Source: Bacteroidales bacterium (GTDB lineage: Bacteria > Bacteroidota > Bacteroidia > Bacteroidales > UBA10428). Taken from it: 64,000 nucleotides of DNA. Made by a program: the position numbers and the translations under genes. This document shows, piece after piece, positions 35,936 through 46,619 of the stretch (its first letter is position 1; the number at the start of each line of letters is the position of its first letter). The notes beneath the pieces are model-generated. The model saw only the letters and a list, made by a program, of their open reading frames with translations, did no database searches and had not been told where the DNA came from. The stretch lies in contig JAFGGU010000096.1 in assembly GCA_016930375.1 (NCBI GenBank), positions 3,981 through 67,980 of the forward strand, in the 5' to 3' direction.

Positions 35936-37349
35936 ACTTAACCTGACGGAAGAAATCGACTGGATCACAGTAGGCTTGTACCTCCTGCTTGTGATCTTCG
36001 GATGGATGAATATATTCGCTTCTTCTTATAACGAACAGTTTACATCCATCTTTAATATCCGGCAGAATTACGGAGACCAGCTTTTGTGGATACTGGTCTC
36101 ATTTATCATGATCATCCTGCTTTTTGCCATTGACTACCGTTTCTATCATTTTTTTACCTGGGTGATTTACGGATTTTCAATCCTTTTACTTATAGCGGTG
36201 CTTGTATTTGGCGTCACTGTTAATAATTCGAAATCGTGGATAAGGATCCTGGGATTCAACCTTCAGCCTGCGGAATTCGTCAAGATTGCCACAGCCCTTG
36301 CAATTGCCAGATATCTGAGTGGTTACAATATTAAACTTTGGACCTGGAAATCCATTGCAGTAATGGCAGTCCTGATAGGATTACCGGTACTGCTGATCGG
36401 TTTGCAGCCCGACTGGGGAACTGCTTTGGTTTTCACTTGCTTTATATTGCTGATGTACCGTGAAGGTATGCCGGGATGGATTCTTGCAATAAGTTTGTTC
36501 GTCACCATCCTTTTTCTGATGACCTTGCTGATATCCAACATTTCTGTTCTGCTGGTTTTAGTTATCCTGGCACTGGCCATTTTCGGAGTTCTGAACCGGA
36601 AGGTCAGTCATGTATTGTATGCCATGCTGATCATGACTGCTTTTTATTTTGGGTTACGTTATGCTCTTCCTTTGGTGGGTTTGAAATTCAATACCTACTA
36701 CCTGTTGCTTTTTGCCCTGGTAGGTTCATCCATCGTTTTCCTGATTTATTCTTTGGTAAGGAAGAACAGGATCATTGCCTTTATCCTTGTTTTGCTTTTT
36801 GGATTCATTGGCTTTACCTATACCGTAAACTATGTTTTTAGTAACGTGCTGAAGCCTCATCAGCAGACGCGTGTGAATATTCTGCTGGGGAAGGAAACAG
36901 ATATCCGGAATGTTGGATATAACCTGAACCAGTCAAAAATCGCCATAGGTTCCGGAGGATTTTTCGGAAAGGGATTTCTAAAAGGCACTCAAACCAAGCT
37001 TGATTTCGTGCCTGAACAGAGCACCGATTTTATCTTTTGCACGGTCGGCGAAGAATGGGGTTTTGCCGGAACCACCATAGCCATATTGCTTTATGTGGGC
37101 CTGTTAATCAGAATCATTTTTCTTGCTGAGCGGCAGCGATCTCAATTTGCACGTATTTACGGATATGGTGTAGCTTCCGTATTGTTTTTTCATTTCGCGG
37201 TCAATATTGGCATGACCATCGGAATTTTTCCGGTGATTGGGATCCCACTTCCATTTTTTAGTTATGGCGGTTCATCCATGCTTGCCTTTACACTGCTGTT
37301 ATTTGTCCTTGTCAGGCTCGATTCGGTGCGGAAGGTATATATCAGATAG
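35925..37349 (+). CDS. rodA: SEDS-family peptidoglycan polymerase RodA
   Basis: Polytopic FtsW/RodA/SpoVE-type protein (PEQSTDFIF, GGSSM). The start is taken at ATG 35925, overlapping the mrdA stop; the ORF track gives 35904. Confidence 0.9.
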   Translation: MIDKLNLTEEIDWITVGLYLLLVIFGWMNIFASSYNEQFTSIFNIRQNYGDQLLWILVSFIMIILLFAIDYRFYHFFTWVIYGFSILLLIAVLVFGVTVNNSKSWIRILGFNLQPAEFVKIATALAIARYLSGYNIKLWTWKSIAVMAVLIGLPVLLIGLQPDWGTALVFTCFILLMYREGMPGWILAISLFVTILFLMTLLISNISVLLVLVILALAIFGVLNRKVSHVLYAMLIMTAFYFGLRYALPLVGLKFNTYYLLLFALVGSSIVFLIYSLVRKNRIIAFILVLLFGFIGFTYTVNYVFSNVLKPHQQTRVNILLGKETDIRNVGYNLNQSKIAIGSGGFFGKGFLKGTQTKLDFVPEQSTDFIFCTVGEEWGFAGTTIAILLYVGLLIRIIFLAERQRSQFARIYGYGVASVLFFHFAVNIGMTIGIFPVIGIPLPFFSYGGSSMLAFTLLLFVLVRLDSVRKVYIR

Positions 37350-37352
37350 TCT

Positions 37353-37982
37353 TCAGAACCCGATCTTTTTCAATCCCGTGGGGTATACTTCCTGTTCAAA
37401 GCTTATTCCAAATGAATCGGAGACATAATGGATCAAAGCGGGGAAAAATGAAGCAAACTCTTCCTTGAGCATGTCATATTCTTCCCGAAGAACTTTGATG
37501 GCAAAGTCGGTTTCCTCAGGAAGTGTGGTTCGGCTCGACATGCGGTGAAGAATATCCTCAATGCCCTCGATGGTTGAATATTTCTTGATCCAGTTGTTTT
37601 TGATAAATGAAGGAAGGAAAAGCCTGACCCCTTCAGGAAGTGCATCCAGGTGGTTACAAAGGATACCATGCACCTGAAGTATAAAATCCTGGATCGGATG
37701 ATTGGAATAGGTATGCCAGTCATTCACCAGGAAATGATCATAAAATATATCGATGATGATCCCTGAATATTTGCGGTACTTCTCATTAATCCGCATTTTG
37801 CTTTTCTTAACAATCTGGTTGGTATCCGTGAAGGAATCAATATGCCGGTGAAGCATGATTCCTTTGCGGACCTCTTCCGAATAACGTGCCAGTTCAAACC
37901 CCTTGACATAATCTCCAATAAAGTTACCCACCAGAATTTCTTCGTTGGTGCCTGACAAATATATGTGCGCCAAATAATTCAA
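37353..37982 (-). CDS. acpH: Acyl carrier protein phosphodiesterase
   Basis: 209 aa with the characteristic AcpH N-terminus MNYLAHIYLSG and an HRxID motif (HRHIDSFTD). Confidence 0.8.
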   Translation of the reverse strand: MNYLAHIYLSGTNEEILVGNFIGDYVKGFELARYSEEVRKGIMLHRHIDSFTDTNQIVKKSKMRINEKYRKYSGIIIDIFYDHFLVNDWHTYSNHPIQDFILQVHGILCNHLDALPEGVRLFLPSFIKNNWIKKYSTIEGIEDILHRMSSRTTLPEETDFAIKVLREEYDMLKEEFASFFPALIHYVSDSFGISFEQEVYPTGLKKIGF

Positions 37983-38176
37983 AACAAAGCATTTGCGGAT
38001 AATACCTTATGTTATAAAGATAACGAATCTAAAAATTACCTACAATAATTGTGCAAATTACTTATTAAAAAGTAATTAACGTAGAAAATTTATGAATTGA
38101 GGATTATGGGTTGTCTATAAGGTTGCAACTACGCCGTGAAACATAACTTATGAAACAGCGTGTACGTTTCTTCAAT

Positions 38177-39520
38177 CTAAATCCTGCTCTTAATTTTTTT
38201 CGTTTCCTCTTCGTATCCCCGCTTTTCAAGCAGGGCAAACATGTTCTTCTTGTATGCTTCGACTCCGGGCTGGTCGAACGGATTTACGCCCAGCAAATAA
38301 CCACTTATACCACATGCTTTTTCGAAGAAATACAACAGTTGACCCAGGTAATATTCATTGAGCCTGGGAATTTCAATGCGCAGGTTCGGTACCCCGCCAT
38401 CCACATGGGCCAGCATGGTGCCCAGTTCGGCCATTTTGTTGACGGCATCCACCCGTTTACCAGCGATGTAATTCAATCCGTCAAGATCGTTTTTATCTTT
38501 GGGAATCAGCAATTTAGAGGAAGTTTCTTTCACTGAGATGACAGTTTCAATGAGCAGGCGCTCGCCTTCCTGGATATACTGTCCCATGGAATGAAGATCA
38601 GCCGAGAAATCAACACTGGCCGGAAAAATCCCTTTCCCTTCCTTGCCTTCGCTTTCACCGTAAAGTTGTTTCCACCATTCAGCCAGGTAATGCAGCTTAT
38701 TTTCAAAATTGGCAAGAATTTCTATTTTCTTTCCCGAGCGATAAAGCGCAGTCCGGGCTGCTGCATAAAGGCAGGACGGATTTTCACCGAAGGGAATTGA
38801 CGAATCAGTTAATTTTTCCATGTCAATGGCTCCCTTCACCAGGGCGCGAATGTCGATTCCTGCAATGGCAAGGGGAACAAGTCCCACAGGTGTCAGCACT
38901 GAATACCTGCCGCCAATGTCATCGGGGATAACATAGGTTTTATAGCCTTCCTGCGTGGCCGTGCTGCGCAATGCCCCTTTATGTGCATCGGTGATGGCAA
39001 CAATCAGTTCCCTGGCAACTGCTCTACCTGCTTTCTTTTCGAGGTGGTTCTTCAGGATCCTGAATGCTATGGCAGGTTCGGTTGTGGTACCTGATTTTGA
39101 GATAACTACGATTGCATATTTCAGATCATCCAGCGTCTCCATCAGCTCATTCAGATAATCCTCACCCATATTCTGTCCTGCATAAAGGACAATCGGATTC
39201 TTCCTGTTCTTTCTCAGATGGAGAAAGGAATGAGAAAGGGTTTCGGCCACAGCCCTCGTACCCAGGTAGGATCCGCCAATACCAATAACCACTACCGCTT
39301 CCACCTGTTTCCTGATCAGGGCAGCAGTCTTCTCAATATCCCTGAGTTCAATGTCGGAGATTGAGGAGGGAAGGCTCACCCAGCCCACAAAATCATTTCC
39401 TTTCCCGGTCTTTTTTTCCAGCGCTTTAATGCTGTTAACAGCTTTTTCAGACAAATCATAAATATCCTCTTTGGGCACAAATCCAAATGCTTTGCTGATG
39501 TCGATTGTAAGGGCTTCCAT
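38177..39520 (-). CDS. pgi: Glucose-6-phosphate isomerase
   Basis: 447 aa, short bacterial PGI type ([24 protein letters not shown]). Confidence 0.9.
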   Translation of the reverse strand: MEALTIDISKAFGFVPKEDIYDLSEKAVNSIKALEKKTGKGNDFVGWVSLPSSISDIELRDIEKTAALIRKQVEAVVVIGIGGSYLGTRAVAETLSHSFLHLRKNRKNPIVLYAGQNMGEDYLNELMETLDDLKYAIVVISKSGTTTEPAIAFRILKNHLEKKAGRAVARELIVAITDAHKGALRSTATQEGYKTYVIPDDIGGRYSVLTPVGLVPLAIAGIDIRALVKGAIDMEKLTDSSIPFGENPSCLYAAARTALYRSGKKIEILANFENKLHYLAEWWKQLYGESEGKEGKGIFPASVDFSADLHSMGQYIQEGERLLIETVISVKETSSKLLIPKDKNDLDGLNYIAGKRVDAVNKMAELGTMLAHVDGGVPNLRIEIPRLNEYYLGQLLYFFEKACGISGYLLGVNPFDQPGVEAYKKNMFALLEKRGYEEETKKIKSRI

Positions 39521-39527
39521 GAGTTGA

Positions 39528-40523
39528 TTATTTAAGTTTTTCAGTTAGTAATTTTATTTCCAGGGCAGGTGATATTTTATCATACAGGATATGATACACC
39601 GCATCAGTGATGGGCATGTTAATGCCATAGCTTTTATTCAGTTCCCGAATGCAGGCAACTGCATAATATCCTTCTGCAATCATGCTCATTTCGAGCTGAG
39701 CTGACTTCACCGAGTAGCCCTTCCCGATCATCATTCCAAAGGTGCGATTCCGGCTGAACTGGGAATAGGCAGTTACCATTACGTCGCCCAGATAGGGTGA
39801 ACTAAGCAGTTTACGTTTACTTTTATAGGTTTTGGCCAGGAACCGCTTAATTTCAAGCATTGCATTTGAAACAAGAACTGCCTGAAAATTATCGCCATAG
39901 CCCAGGCCGTGACATATACCTGCAGCAATGGCAATGATATTCTTAAGCACTGCGGTATATTCGGTGCCGTAAATATCATCTGAAGATTTCACCTTCACAT
40001 GATGACAGGTGATAAGCCTGGCAAGCTCTTCGGATTTCTCTGCCGGGGACGAAGCTATGGTGAGGTATGAAAGACGCTCAAGCGCAATTTCTTCGGCATG
40101 ACAGGGACCGCTGATGATGCTGATATTCTTAAAGGGGACCTGGTAGGTTTTATTAAAGAACTCGGCAACAGTGAGGTTTACCACAGGGACAATTCCCTTG
40201 ATGGCTGAAACAACCGTTTTGTTGTCAAACGAACCCGTGAATTCTTTGAGAGAATCCTTCAGGAATGGGGCCGGAATGGCAAAAAGGATAATATCCGATG
40301 ATTCAATAGCTTCTGAAATGGAAGAAAAGAAGCGTATGCGGGAAACATCAAACTCGATGTCGCTGATGTATTTCGGATTATGCCTGAATTTTCGGAAATA
40401 ATCAATAGTCTCCTGCGAACGCACAAACCAATTTATTTCAGGCAGATTGTTCAATACAAGTTTCGCAAGGGCTGTCGCCCAACTGCCGCTTCCAATGATT
40501 GCGACCTTAGGATTATCTGACAT
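39528..40523 (-). CDS. gpsA: NAD(P)H-dependent glycerol-3-phosphate dehydrogenase
   Basis: 331 aa with [11 protein letters not shown] (Rossmann) and GpsA-like blocks ([16 protein letters not shown]-like LGDVMVT). Confidence 0.9.
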   Translation of the reverse strand: MSDNPKVAIIGSGSWATALAKLVLNNLPEINWFVRSQETIDYFRKFRHNPKYISDIEFDVSRIRFFSSISEAIESSDIILFAIPAPFLKDSLKEFTGSFDNKTVVSAIKGIVPVVNLTVAEFFNKTYQVPFKNISIISGPCHAEEIALERLSYLTIASSPAEKSEELARLITCHHVKVKSSDDIYGTEYTAVLKNIIAIAAGICHGLGYGDNFQAVLVSNAMLEIKRFLAKTYKSKRKLLSSPYLGDVMVTAYSQFSRNRTFGMMIGKGYSVKSAQLEMSMIAEGYYAVACIRELNKSYGINMPITDAVYHILYDKISPALEIKLLTEKLK

Positions 40524-40618
40524 CTTGGTTTGGTTCAGTTGAAAGAAGCAAAAATAATACTAAATATGAATTCACACTGAATCGGGTTCAATTAATGGAA
40601 CAGACCATGTCGGTCGGC

Positions 40619-42250
40619 TTAATTCACGATTGCTTTCATCGTGATGTGCTCAAGATCATCCCGGAGGACCACCTGGTAAATTCCTGGAGGAAGTTTAATA
40701 TTTCTGGTTATGTGGGCTGCCTCTTCCAGCGATTCTGAATAAACAAGGTGTCCGGTAAAATGGTATAAACACAACTGCAGTTTTTTCTTCTCAGGATTCA
40801 GGATTTTAAGATTGATTTGATCATTTGCCGGATTGGGATAGAGGACAGCCTGAAAACCGAGTTTTTCATATTCCTGTTCCCCGGTAACTACGCAAATGCC
40901 CGGCATATTCTCGTCGAGCCAGCTGGCACGCTGACTGATCCAGTTTTTCAAATAAAAGACTTCTTCCTGATAGGTGTTTCCAATATAGGGATTTGGCCAT
41001 ACATAACTTCCCAGGATAGGGAAGGAGGCGAAATTACGGGTGGCAGCATCCCCGATATGCTCCACCAGACCATCGATATAGTCATTGAGACTGTCAGTAT
41101 GCAGAACGACTTCCCGCAACTGGTTCCACCAGCATCTTAAATTTCCTGTGAAGTAAGTGTCGGTCATCATTCTTTCCCACCAGAACGGAACCGGGTGAAC
41201 ATCATCTTCGTACAGGTGTTGCCAGCCTGAGTTCAAATCGCCTCCGCCATAGTAACAATTCCCGAAGGCAATGTCATAATCCCACGCAGGTCCCGCATGG
41301 AATCTCGGATCCCTGTCATCCCTGTCCTTATGCAAATAGGAGCTTAGCCTGAAACCATCTATATTTCTGCTGAGCTCATTGATGATAAAGAAATCTACAA
41401 ACGACTGTAAATCTATGTAGGAACGATATCCTGCTTCCGGGTCTTTATAGTATGCGCTTCTCAGGGAGGCTTCGAAATCGCTTACTTTATTGCGGATATA
41501 ATTCCTCTGGACAGGTTGAATTTCATCACCATCAGGATCATCAAAAATAAAGAAATGTGGCCGGTTAATAATGGTGGGCGCATTGCGCGAATAAAAGCCT
41601 TCATTGCTTTCGTCGCCAGTGGTTTTATCCAGTTTAAGTATATAGCCGCCTGTAAGATCCATATCCCGGATATCAGTATCCATCAACTCATCAACATTCA
41701 CACGGAAGGGGCCACCTTTTATTTTCTCCACCAGTACATAAATGCCGCGGTATTGATCATTAAGATACAATTCAACAAATTTTGTCCGGGGGGAATAATG
41801 CCCAAACCTTCCAAATAAATAATAGGCCAGTGAATTTCTCATGAGCGACTTATCGGAATAGGGCGCATACAACACCCAGTCGGATTCAGGAGGAAAACCC
41901 AAAAGAGAAACGGAAGAGTCATTACCAGCATGGTCCCGGGTTTCAAAGCCATAGGATTTCTTGGGGAATTGCTGTGAGGAGGACCCTCTCCGCTCTATTC
42001 CTATAATACCATGGTAATCGTTGAAAGGATCGGTCGGCCGGTTCATTTTGCCGGGACCGTTGTCAATGATGCCCATCATGGCCGCAATTTTCGGATCATC
42101 GGGTATCACCTGGCCACGGGTATTGATTACAATGACAGGGAGGTGATGGGAATTGTCATCGTCTGAATTTGTTGCCTTAGCAATACAGGGATTCAGCAGG
42201 ATAAGTATGCATATTACTGTCCGCAAACAGGTTTTTATCAGTCGGTTCAT
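40619..42250 (-). CDS. CotH-family (atypical kinase-like) secreted protein with T9SS C-terminal sorting domain
   Basis: It has a signal peptide, CotH-like blocks (YRGIYVLVEKIK, WDYDIAFGN) and a C-terminal ~80 aa of the LYPNPANDQINLKI...V type, typical of type-A T9SS CTDs. Confidence 0.7.
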   Translation of the reverse strand: MNRLIKTCLRTVICILILLNPCIAKATNSDDDNSHHLPVIVINTRGQVIPDDPKIAAMMGIIDNGPGKMNRPTDPFNDYHGIIGIERRGSSSQQFPKKSYGFETRDHAGNDSSVSLLGFPPESDWVLYAPYSDKSLMRNSLAYYLFGRFGHYSPRTKFVELYLNDQYRGIYVLVEKIKGGPFRVNVDELMDTDIRDMDLTGGYILKLDKTTGDESNEGFYSRNAPTIINRPHFFIFDDPDGDEIQPVQRNYIRNKVSDFEASLRSAYYKDPEAGYRSYIDLQSFVDFFIINELSRNIDGFRLSSYLHKDRDDRDPRFHAGPAWDYDIAFGNCYYGGGDLNSGWQHLYEDDVHPVPFWWERMMTDTYFTGNLRCWWNQLREVVLHTDSLNDYIDGLVEHIGDAATRNFASFPILGSYVWPNPYIGNTYQEEVFYLKNWISQRASWLDENMPGICVVTGEQEYEKLGFQAVLYPNPANDQINLKILNPEKKKLQLCLYHFTGHLVYSESLEEAAHITRNIKLPPGIYQVVLRDDLEHITMKAIVN

Positions 42251-42262
42251 TACGATGCGATT

Positions 42263-43102
42263 TTACAATTTTTTTTTAACAGAACCTACTGTTTGCGCCA
42301 GGGTAATTACCGGGCTGAATCCCAGCACCGGGTGACGGGTGGCTGCAAGGTCAATCCTCAGTGATCTGCATTGAAATCCAAGGCCAAAGGAATAGCCTGG
42401 AAAAACTCCCGAGGAAACACCAAAACGGGCGATCAAGGAATTCTTCCAGCTGATCTCGATCCCCCCGCAATACTTTATCTTTTCATTTTCTTTTTTTTCA
42501 GCCTCAAAACAGACCAGCACTTCCTCACCAAGCTTGTAACCCAGACCTGCCTGAATGATTACCGGCAATTTCAGGTAACCTTCGGGCCGGTAGTTTTGGG
42601 CAGCCGGGTTAAATACCCGGAATCCGATTGTCAATTCGTCAGCCGGCATGACCTGCAAACCCAGGGAAGGAGAAATCACAGACAGGTTTTCGAAACCTGT
42701 CGGCTGGCGAACCACCAGGTAATGCATGCTGATGCCAGCTCTTAATTTACCGCCCAGACTTTTACCAAAGGAAACGCAAACCTGATTTTCACGGTATACT
42801 GAGTTTCCAAGGCTTGTGTAATCCAGGCTGAAGGCACCAGTCATTGCAGGCAGGCCTACCGAAAAGGCACCCTGTCCCAATTCAGGCACCATGAAGTAAT
42901 TTGCATATTGGAGGCCCAGTGTAAGGTCGGAAAGAACGGCCAGGCCGGCCGGGTTTCCCACACCCGGTCCCTGACCGGTAAGCATGACACCGGCGCCGGA
43001 CATTCCCAGCGACCTTGCGCCTGCAGAAACCGGATCAATAGCTGCGCTGCTCCAGGTGTTCAGCAGAGCCATTAGCCCGATAAGACCAAATGTTGTTTTC
43101 AA
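42263..43102 (-). CDS. PorV/PorQ-family-like outer-membrane beta-barrel
   Basis: It has a signal peptide followed by GARSLGMSGAGV...NPAGLA, recalled as typical of PorQ/PorV-type barrels, and alternating beta pattern. It is adjacent to a T9SS cargo gene. Confidence 0.4.
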   Translation of the reverse strand: MKTTFGLIGLMALLNTWSSAAIDPVSAGARSLGMSGAGVMLTGQGPGVGNPAGLAVLSDLTLGLQYANYFMVPELGQGAFSVGLPAMTGAFSLDYTSLGNSVYRENQVCVSFGKSLGGKLRAGISMHYLVVRQPTGFENLSVISPSLGLQVMPADELTIGFRVFNPAAQNYRPEGYLKLPVIIQAGLGYKLGEEVLVCFEAEKKENEKIKYCGGIEISWKNSLIARFGVSSGVFPGYSFGLGFQCRSLRIDLAATRHPVLGFSPVITLAQTVGSVKKKL

Positions 43103-43182
43103 AAAGAAACCGATAAATATCCTTTAACTCCCACAATTTCACCTGAAAAACAAACTCTTAACGTATTTAATCTTCCTGATTT

Positions 43183-43710
43183 TTATCCCACTTTATGGGT
43201 GAATTTTATTTTGGCGAGTTCTTCATTAGCTGTCAGAATTTTCTTTTTAAGACTCTCCTTGTGTTTTTTCATGCCGGCAGCCAGTTTCTCATCCTGAATC
43301 GCAAGGATCTGAGCGGCCAGTATGCCTGCATTCAGGGAGGCATTGATACCCACCGTGGCAACAGGAATGCCCGGAGGCATTTGCACGATAGCCAGCAGTG
43401 CATCCAAACCCTCCAGTGAGGCTTTAATGGGTACGCCTATTACAGGGAGGCTGGTCATGGAGGCAATAACGCCCGGCAAATGTGCAGCCATCCCGGCAGC
43501 TGCAATGATTACCTTAAGCCCGCGTTCCTCAGCGCTTCTGGCAAATTTCTCGACTTCTGCAGGCGTCCGGTGGGCCGACAATGCGTTTATTTCAAAAGGG
43601 ATCTTATATTCATCGAGAAACTTAGCTGCGGCTTCCATAACCGGATAATCGGATGTACTTCCCATGATGATACTTACAAGGGGCTTCATTCGGTTAAATT
43701 TAAAATTCAA
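43183..43710 (-). CDS. purE: N5-carboxyaminoimidazole ribonucleotide mutase
   Basis: It contains [10 protein letters not shown] and [11 protein letters not shown] blocks. The real start is probably the internal Met at 43689 (MKPLVSII). Confidence 0.9.
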   Translation of the reverse strand: MNFKFNRMKPLVSIIMGSTSDYPVMEAAAKFLDEYKIPFEINALSAHRTPAEVEKFARSAEERGLKVIIAAAGMAAHLPGVIASMTSLPVIGVPIKASLEGLDALLAIVQMPPGIPVATVGINASLNAGILAAQILAIQDEKLAAGMKKHKESLKKKILTANEELAKIKFTHKVG

Positions 43711-43759
43711 GCCTAAGATAAGGCAAATATTTGTATCTTGCGAATCATATTGAATCCTG

Positions 43760-44296
43760 ATGGCTACAATAACACTGCTCGATAAGGAATTTACACTCCT
43801 TCTTCCTGCTGAAAAAATCCAGGCGCGGGTTCAAAACATGGCCGACCAAATGAACAGCGATCTGAAGGATGAGGATGTCATTTTTATCGGAATCCTCAAT
43901 GGGGCCTTTATGTTCGCATCTGACCTGCTTCGAAAGATCAGTTTCGACGCGCAGGTATCCTTTGTTAAATTATCGTCCTACCAAAGTACCACCAGTACCG
44001 GTAATGTGAGAAGACTGATAGGCATCAATGAAGTATTAAAGGACAAAACGGTAGTGATCATTGAAGATATCATCGATACCGGAAATACAATTGAAAATAT
44101 CATCCACCAGATCAAGGGCTTCTTACCCAGGCAGGTTTACATTGCCACGCTGCTGTTAAAGCCGGAATACTACAATAAGGATATCCGGCTGGACTACATC
44201 GGATTCCAGATCCCGAAAGAATTTGTCGTTGGCTACGGTCTCGATTACCAGGGTTATGGCAGAAACCTCCGCAACATTTATAAAATTGTTCAATAA
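43760..44296 (+). CDS. hpt: Hypoxanthine phosphoribosyltransferase
   Basis: 178 aa with the PRPP-binding motif [13 protein letters not shown]. Confidence 0.9.
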   Translation: MATITLLDKEFTLLLPAEKIQARVQNMADQMNSDLKDEDVIFIGILNGAFMFASDLLRKISFDAQVSFVKLSSYQSTTSTGNVRRLIGINEVLKDKTVVIIEDIIDTGNTIENIIHQIKGFLPRQVYIATLLLKPEYYNKDIRLDYIGFQIPKEFVVGYGLDYQGYGRNLRNIYKIVQ

Positions 44297-44329
44297 CTCA
44301 CTTTTTAATAATTTAATAGTCTTCATACC

Positions 44330-44905
44330 ATGCTGAATATCGTATTATTTGGCCCTCCGGGCGCAGGTAAGGGAACACAGGCCGCAAACCTGATCGAGAA
44401 GTATCAATTGGTGCACCTTTCAACAGGTGACATTTTGCGCGGAGAATTGGCCGCAAAATCACCGCTTGGATTGGAAGCAAAGAAATTCATGGACAAGGGT
44501 GAGCTGGTCCCGGATGAAGTTGTTATCGGGATGATTGAGGTAAAGCTCGATCAGAACCCGGCCGCCAAAGGGTTCATTTTCGACGGATTTCCGCGCACCA
44601 AAGCCCAGGCCGGCGCACTCGACAAACTACTGGATAAGAAAAATAAATCCATTACCATCATGGTGGCCCTGGAAGTTGAAAAGCAAGAACTGGTGAAACG
44701 CCTTATGGGACGCGGGAAAATTTCGGGAAGAGCTGATGACCAGGATATGAATGTCATTGAAAACCGCATCACCGTTTACAACCGTGAAACCGCACCGGTA
44801 ATTGACTATTACAATGCGCAAAAAAAATTCCAGTCGGTTGACGGTATGGGAACCATTGAGGAGATCTTTGGGAGACTGTGTAAAACAATTGATAAGGTGA
44901 AGTAA
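44330..44905 (+). CDS. adk: Adenylate kinase (short, zinc-less lid)
   Basis: It has the GPPGAGKGTQ P-loop, a LSTGDILR block and a GFIFDGFPRT block. Confidence 0.95.
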   Translation: MLNIVLFGPPGAGKGTQAANLIEKYQLVHLSTGDILRGELAAKSPLGLEAKKFMDKGELVPDEVVIGMIEVKLDQNPAAKGFIFDGFPRTKAQAGALDKLLDKKNKSITIMVALEVEKQELVKRLMGRGKISGRADDQDMNVIENRITVYNRETAPVIDYYNAQKKFQSVDGMGTIEEIFGRLCKTIDKVK

Positions 44906-44934
44906 GAGGTAGGGTGGGTTGCGAGTTGTGATTG

Positions 44935-44954
44935 CCTGCCTGCCGGCAGGCAGG
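44935..44954 (+). terminator. Perfect 20-nt GC-rich palindrome CCTGCCTGCCGGCAGGCAGG downstream of adk
   Basis: The sequence is self-complementary, begins 30 nt after the adk stop and is flanked on both sides by TTGTGATTG. No U-tract follows. Confidence 0.55.
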
Positions 44955-45016
44955 TTGTGATTGTTGTGAAAGCCAGGTCGACCAGATGTCGATTGTAAAT
45001 GGTTATCTTTACCTAT

Positions 45017-46018
45017 ATGTCGGAAACAAATTTTGTTGATTATATTAAAATATTCTGCCGTTCGGGCCGGGGTGGTAAGGGCTCTGCCCATTTACGGAGG
45101 GAGAAATTCGTGCCCAAAGGCGGCCCCGACGGAGGTGACGGAGGGCGTGGCGGACATGTTATCTTACGTGGAAACAGCCAGTTATGGACCCTCTTGCATC
45201 TGCGTTACCGGAAGCACATTTTTGCCGGTCATGCCGAAGACGGCATGAAGGCTAACAAGACAGGATCCAACGGGGAAGATGTAACTATTGAAGTTCCATT
45301 GGGAACGGTGGTCCGGCTTGCTGAAAGCAATGAATTCCTTTTCGAGATCACCAAGCACGATGAGGAGCATATCATGGTGCCGGGAGGCAGGGGCGGACTG
45401 GGAAACACGCATTTCAAATCGGCTACCAACCAGACTCCGCGATACGCACAACCTGGGGAACCTGCCATTGAAGGATATTACACGCTTGAACTGAAGATTC
45501 TTGCGGATGTGGGTCTTGTAGGTTTTCCCAATGCCGGAAAATCGACCTTGTTGTCGGTGATATCGGCTGCCAAACCCAAAATTGCCGATTATCCTTTCAC
45601 AACCCTGGTGCCCAATTTGGGAATTGTAAAATACCGCGAATCCCGTTCTTTTGTAATGGCCGATATACCGGGGATTATCGAGGGTGCTCATGAAGGCAAG
45701 GGATTGGGATTGAGATTTCTCCGGCACATTGAGCGCAATTCCATCCTGTTGTTCATGATCCCGGCGGATACGAGGAGCATTAAAGGGGAATATGAAATAT
45801 TGCTGAACGAACTGAAGCAGTATAATCCTGAACTGCTGGATAAAAAAAGAGTACTGGCTGTCACAAAGAGTGACCTGGCCGACCCCGAATTAATTCAGGA
45901 AATGAAAGCTGATCTTCCCGGTATCCCCTGGGTTTTCATATCTTCCCTGATCGGGACCAACCTGAATAAGCTGAAAGATATCCTCTGGCGGGAACTCAAT
46001 TCGCCTGAAGATGTTTGA
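45017..46018 (+). CDS. obg: GTPase Obg
   Basis: It has the Obg fold N-terminus [38 protein letters not shown] and G motifs GFPNAGKST and DIPG. The start is taken at ATG 45017; the ORF track gives 44999. Confidence 0.95.
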   Translation: MSETNFVDYIKIFCRSGRGGKGSAHLRREKFVPKGGPDGGDGGRGGHVILRGNSQLWTLLHLRYRKHIFAGHAEDGMKANKTGSNGEDVTIEVPLGTVVRLAESNEFLFEITKHDEEHIMVPGGRGGLGNTHFKSATNQTPRYAQPGEPAIEGYYTLELKILADVGLVGFPNAGKSTLLSVISAAKPKIADYPFTTLVPNLGIVKYRESRSFVMADIPGIIEGAHEGKGLGLRFLRHIERNSILLFMIPADTRSIKGEYEILLNELKQYNPELLDKKRVLAVTKSDLADPELIQEMKADLPGIPWVFISSLIGTNLNKLKDILWRELNSPEDV

Positions 46019-46562
46019 GACGCTGGAAAACCTGGATCAGCACTGGTTGCTCTGGCTCAACGGTCAACATTCGGATGTACTTGACCGGATCATGTATTTT
46101 GTTTCGGGGAAATATGAATGGATACCGCTGTATGCTGTTATTTTAGCCATCATCATTTACAGGTACCGGTGGAAATCTTTGTGGATCATACTGGCTGTTG
46201 TAATTATGATCACCCTGAGTGATCAGATCGCCAATCTGTTGAAAAACGGGGTGAAACGTTACCGGCCTTGCAAAGACCCGGAAATAGGTCACCTGGTTCA
46301 CCTTGTAAATGACTACTGCCAAAGCTCGTATGGATTTGTTTCGGGCCATGCAGCCAATTCATTTACCCTCGCAACCTTTCTTTCATTGCTCTTCAGAAAA
46401 AAATGGGCCACCGCAGGAATGGTAATGTGGGCCGTGCTGGTCTCTTACAGCCGCATTTACCTGGGCGTTCACTACCCCGGAGATGTGATTTGCGGAGCTT
46501 TGCTGGGAGCTTTACTCGGATGGATAGCGTTTGTCGCGTTGAAACGGTTCAGAATTGTATAA
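46011..46562 (+). CDS. PAP2-family phosphatase (undecaprenyl-diphosphatase-like)
   Basis: 183-aa polytopic protein with the PAP2 motifs KxxxxRxRP (KNGVKRYRP), SGH (FVSGHAA) and SRxxxxxHxxxD ([12 protein letters not shown]). Confidence 0.85.
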   Translation: MFETLENLDQHWLLWLNGQHSDVLDRIMYFVSGKYEWIPLYAVILAIIIYRYRWKSLWIILAVVIMITLSDQIANLLKNGVKRYRPCKDPEIGHLVHLVNDYCQSSYGFVSGHAANSFTLATFLSLLFRKKWATAGMVMWAVLVSYSRIYLGVHYPGDVICGALLGALLGWIAFVALKRFRIV

Positions 46563-46610
46563 CCGCACAACTGCACAACTGCGCAACCGCACAACTGCAC
46601 AACTGCACGA
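46563..46610. repeat. 8-nt-period tandem array (six units of CYGCRCRA, mostly CTGCACAA) filling the gap between convergent genes
   Basis: Read directly: CCGCACAA, CTGCACAA, CTGCGCAA, CCGCACAA, CTGCACAA, CTGCACGA. The array starts at the first nt after the PAP2 stop and ends 9 nt before the ferritin-like gene stop. Confidence 0.9.
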
Positions 46611-46619
46611 CCAATCCTA

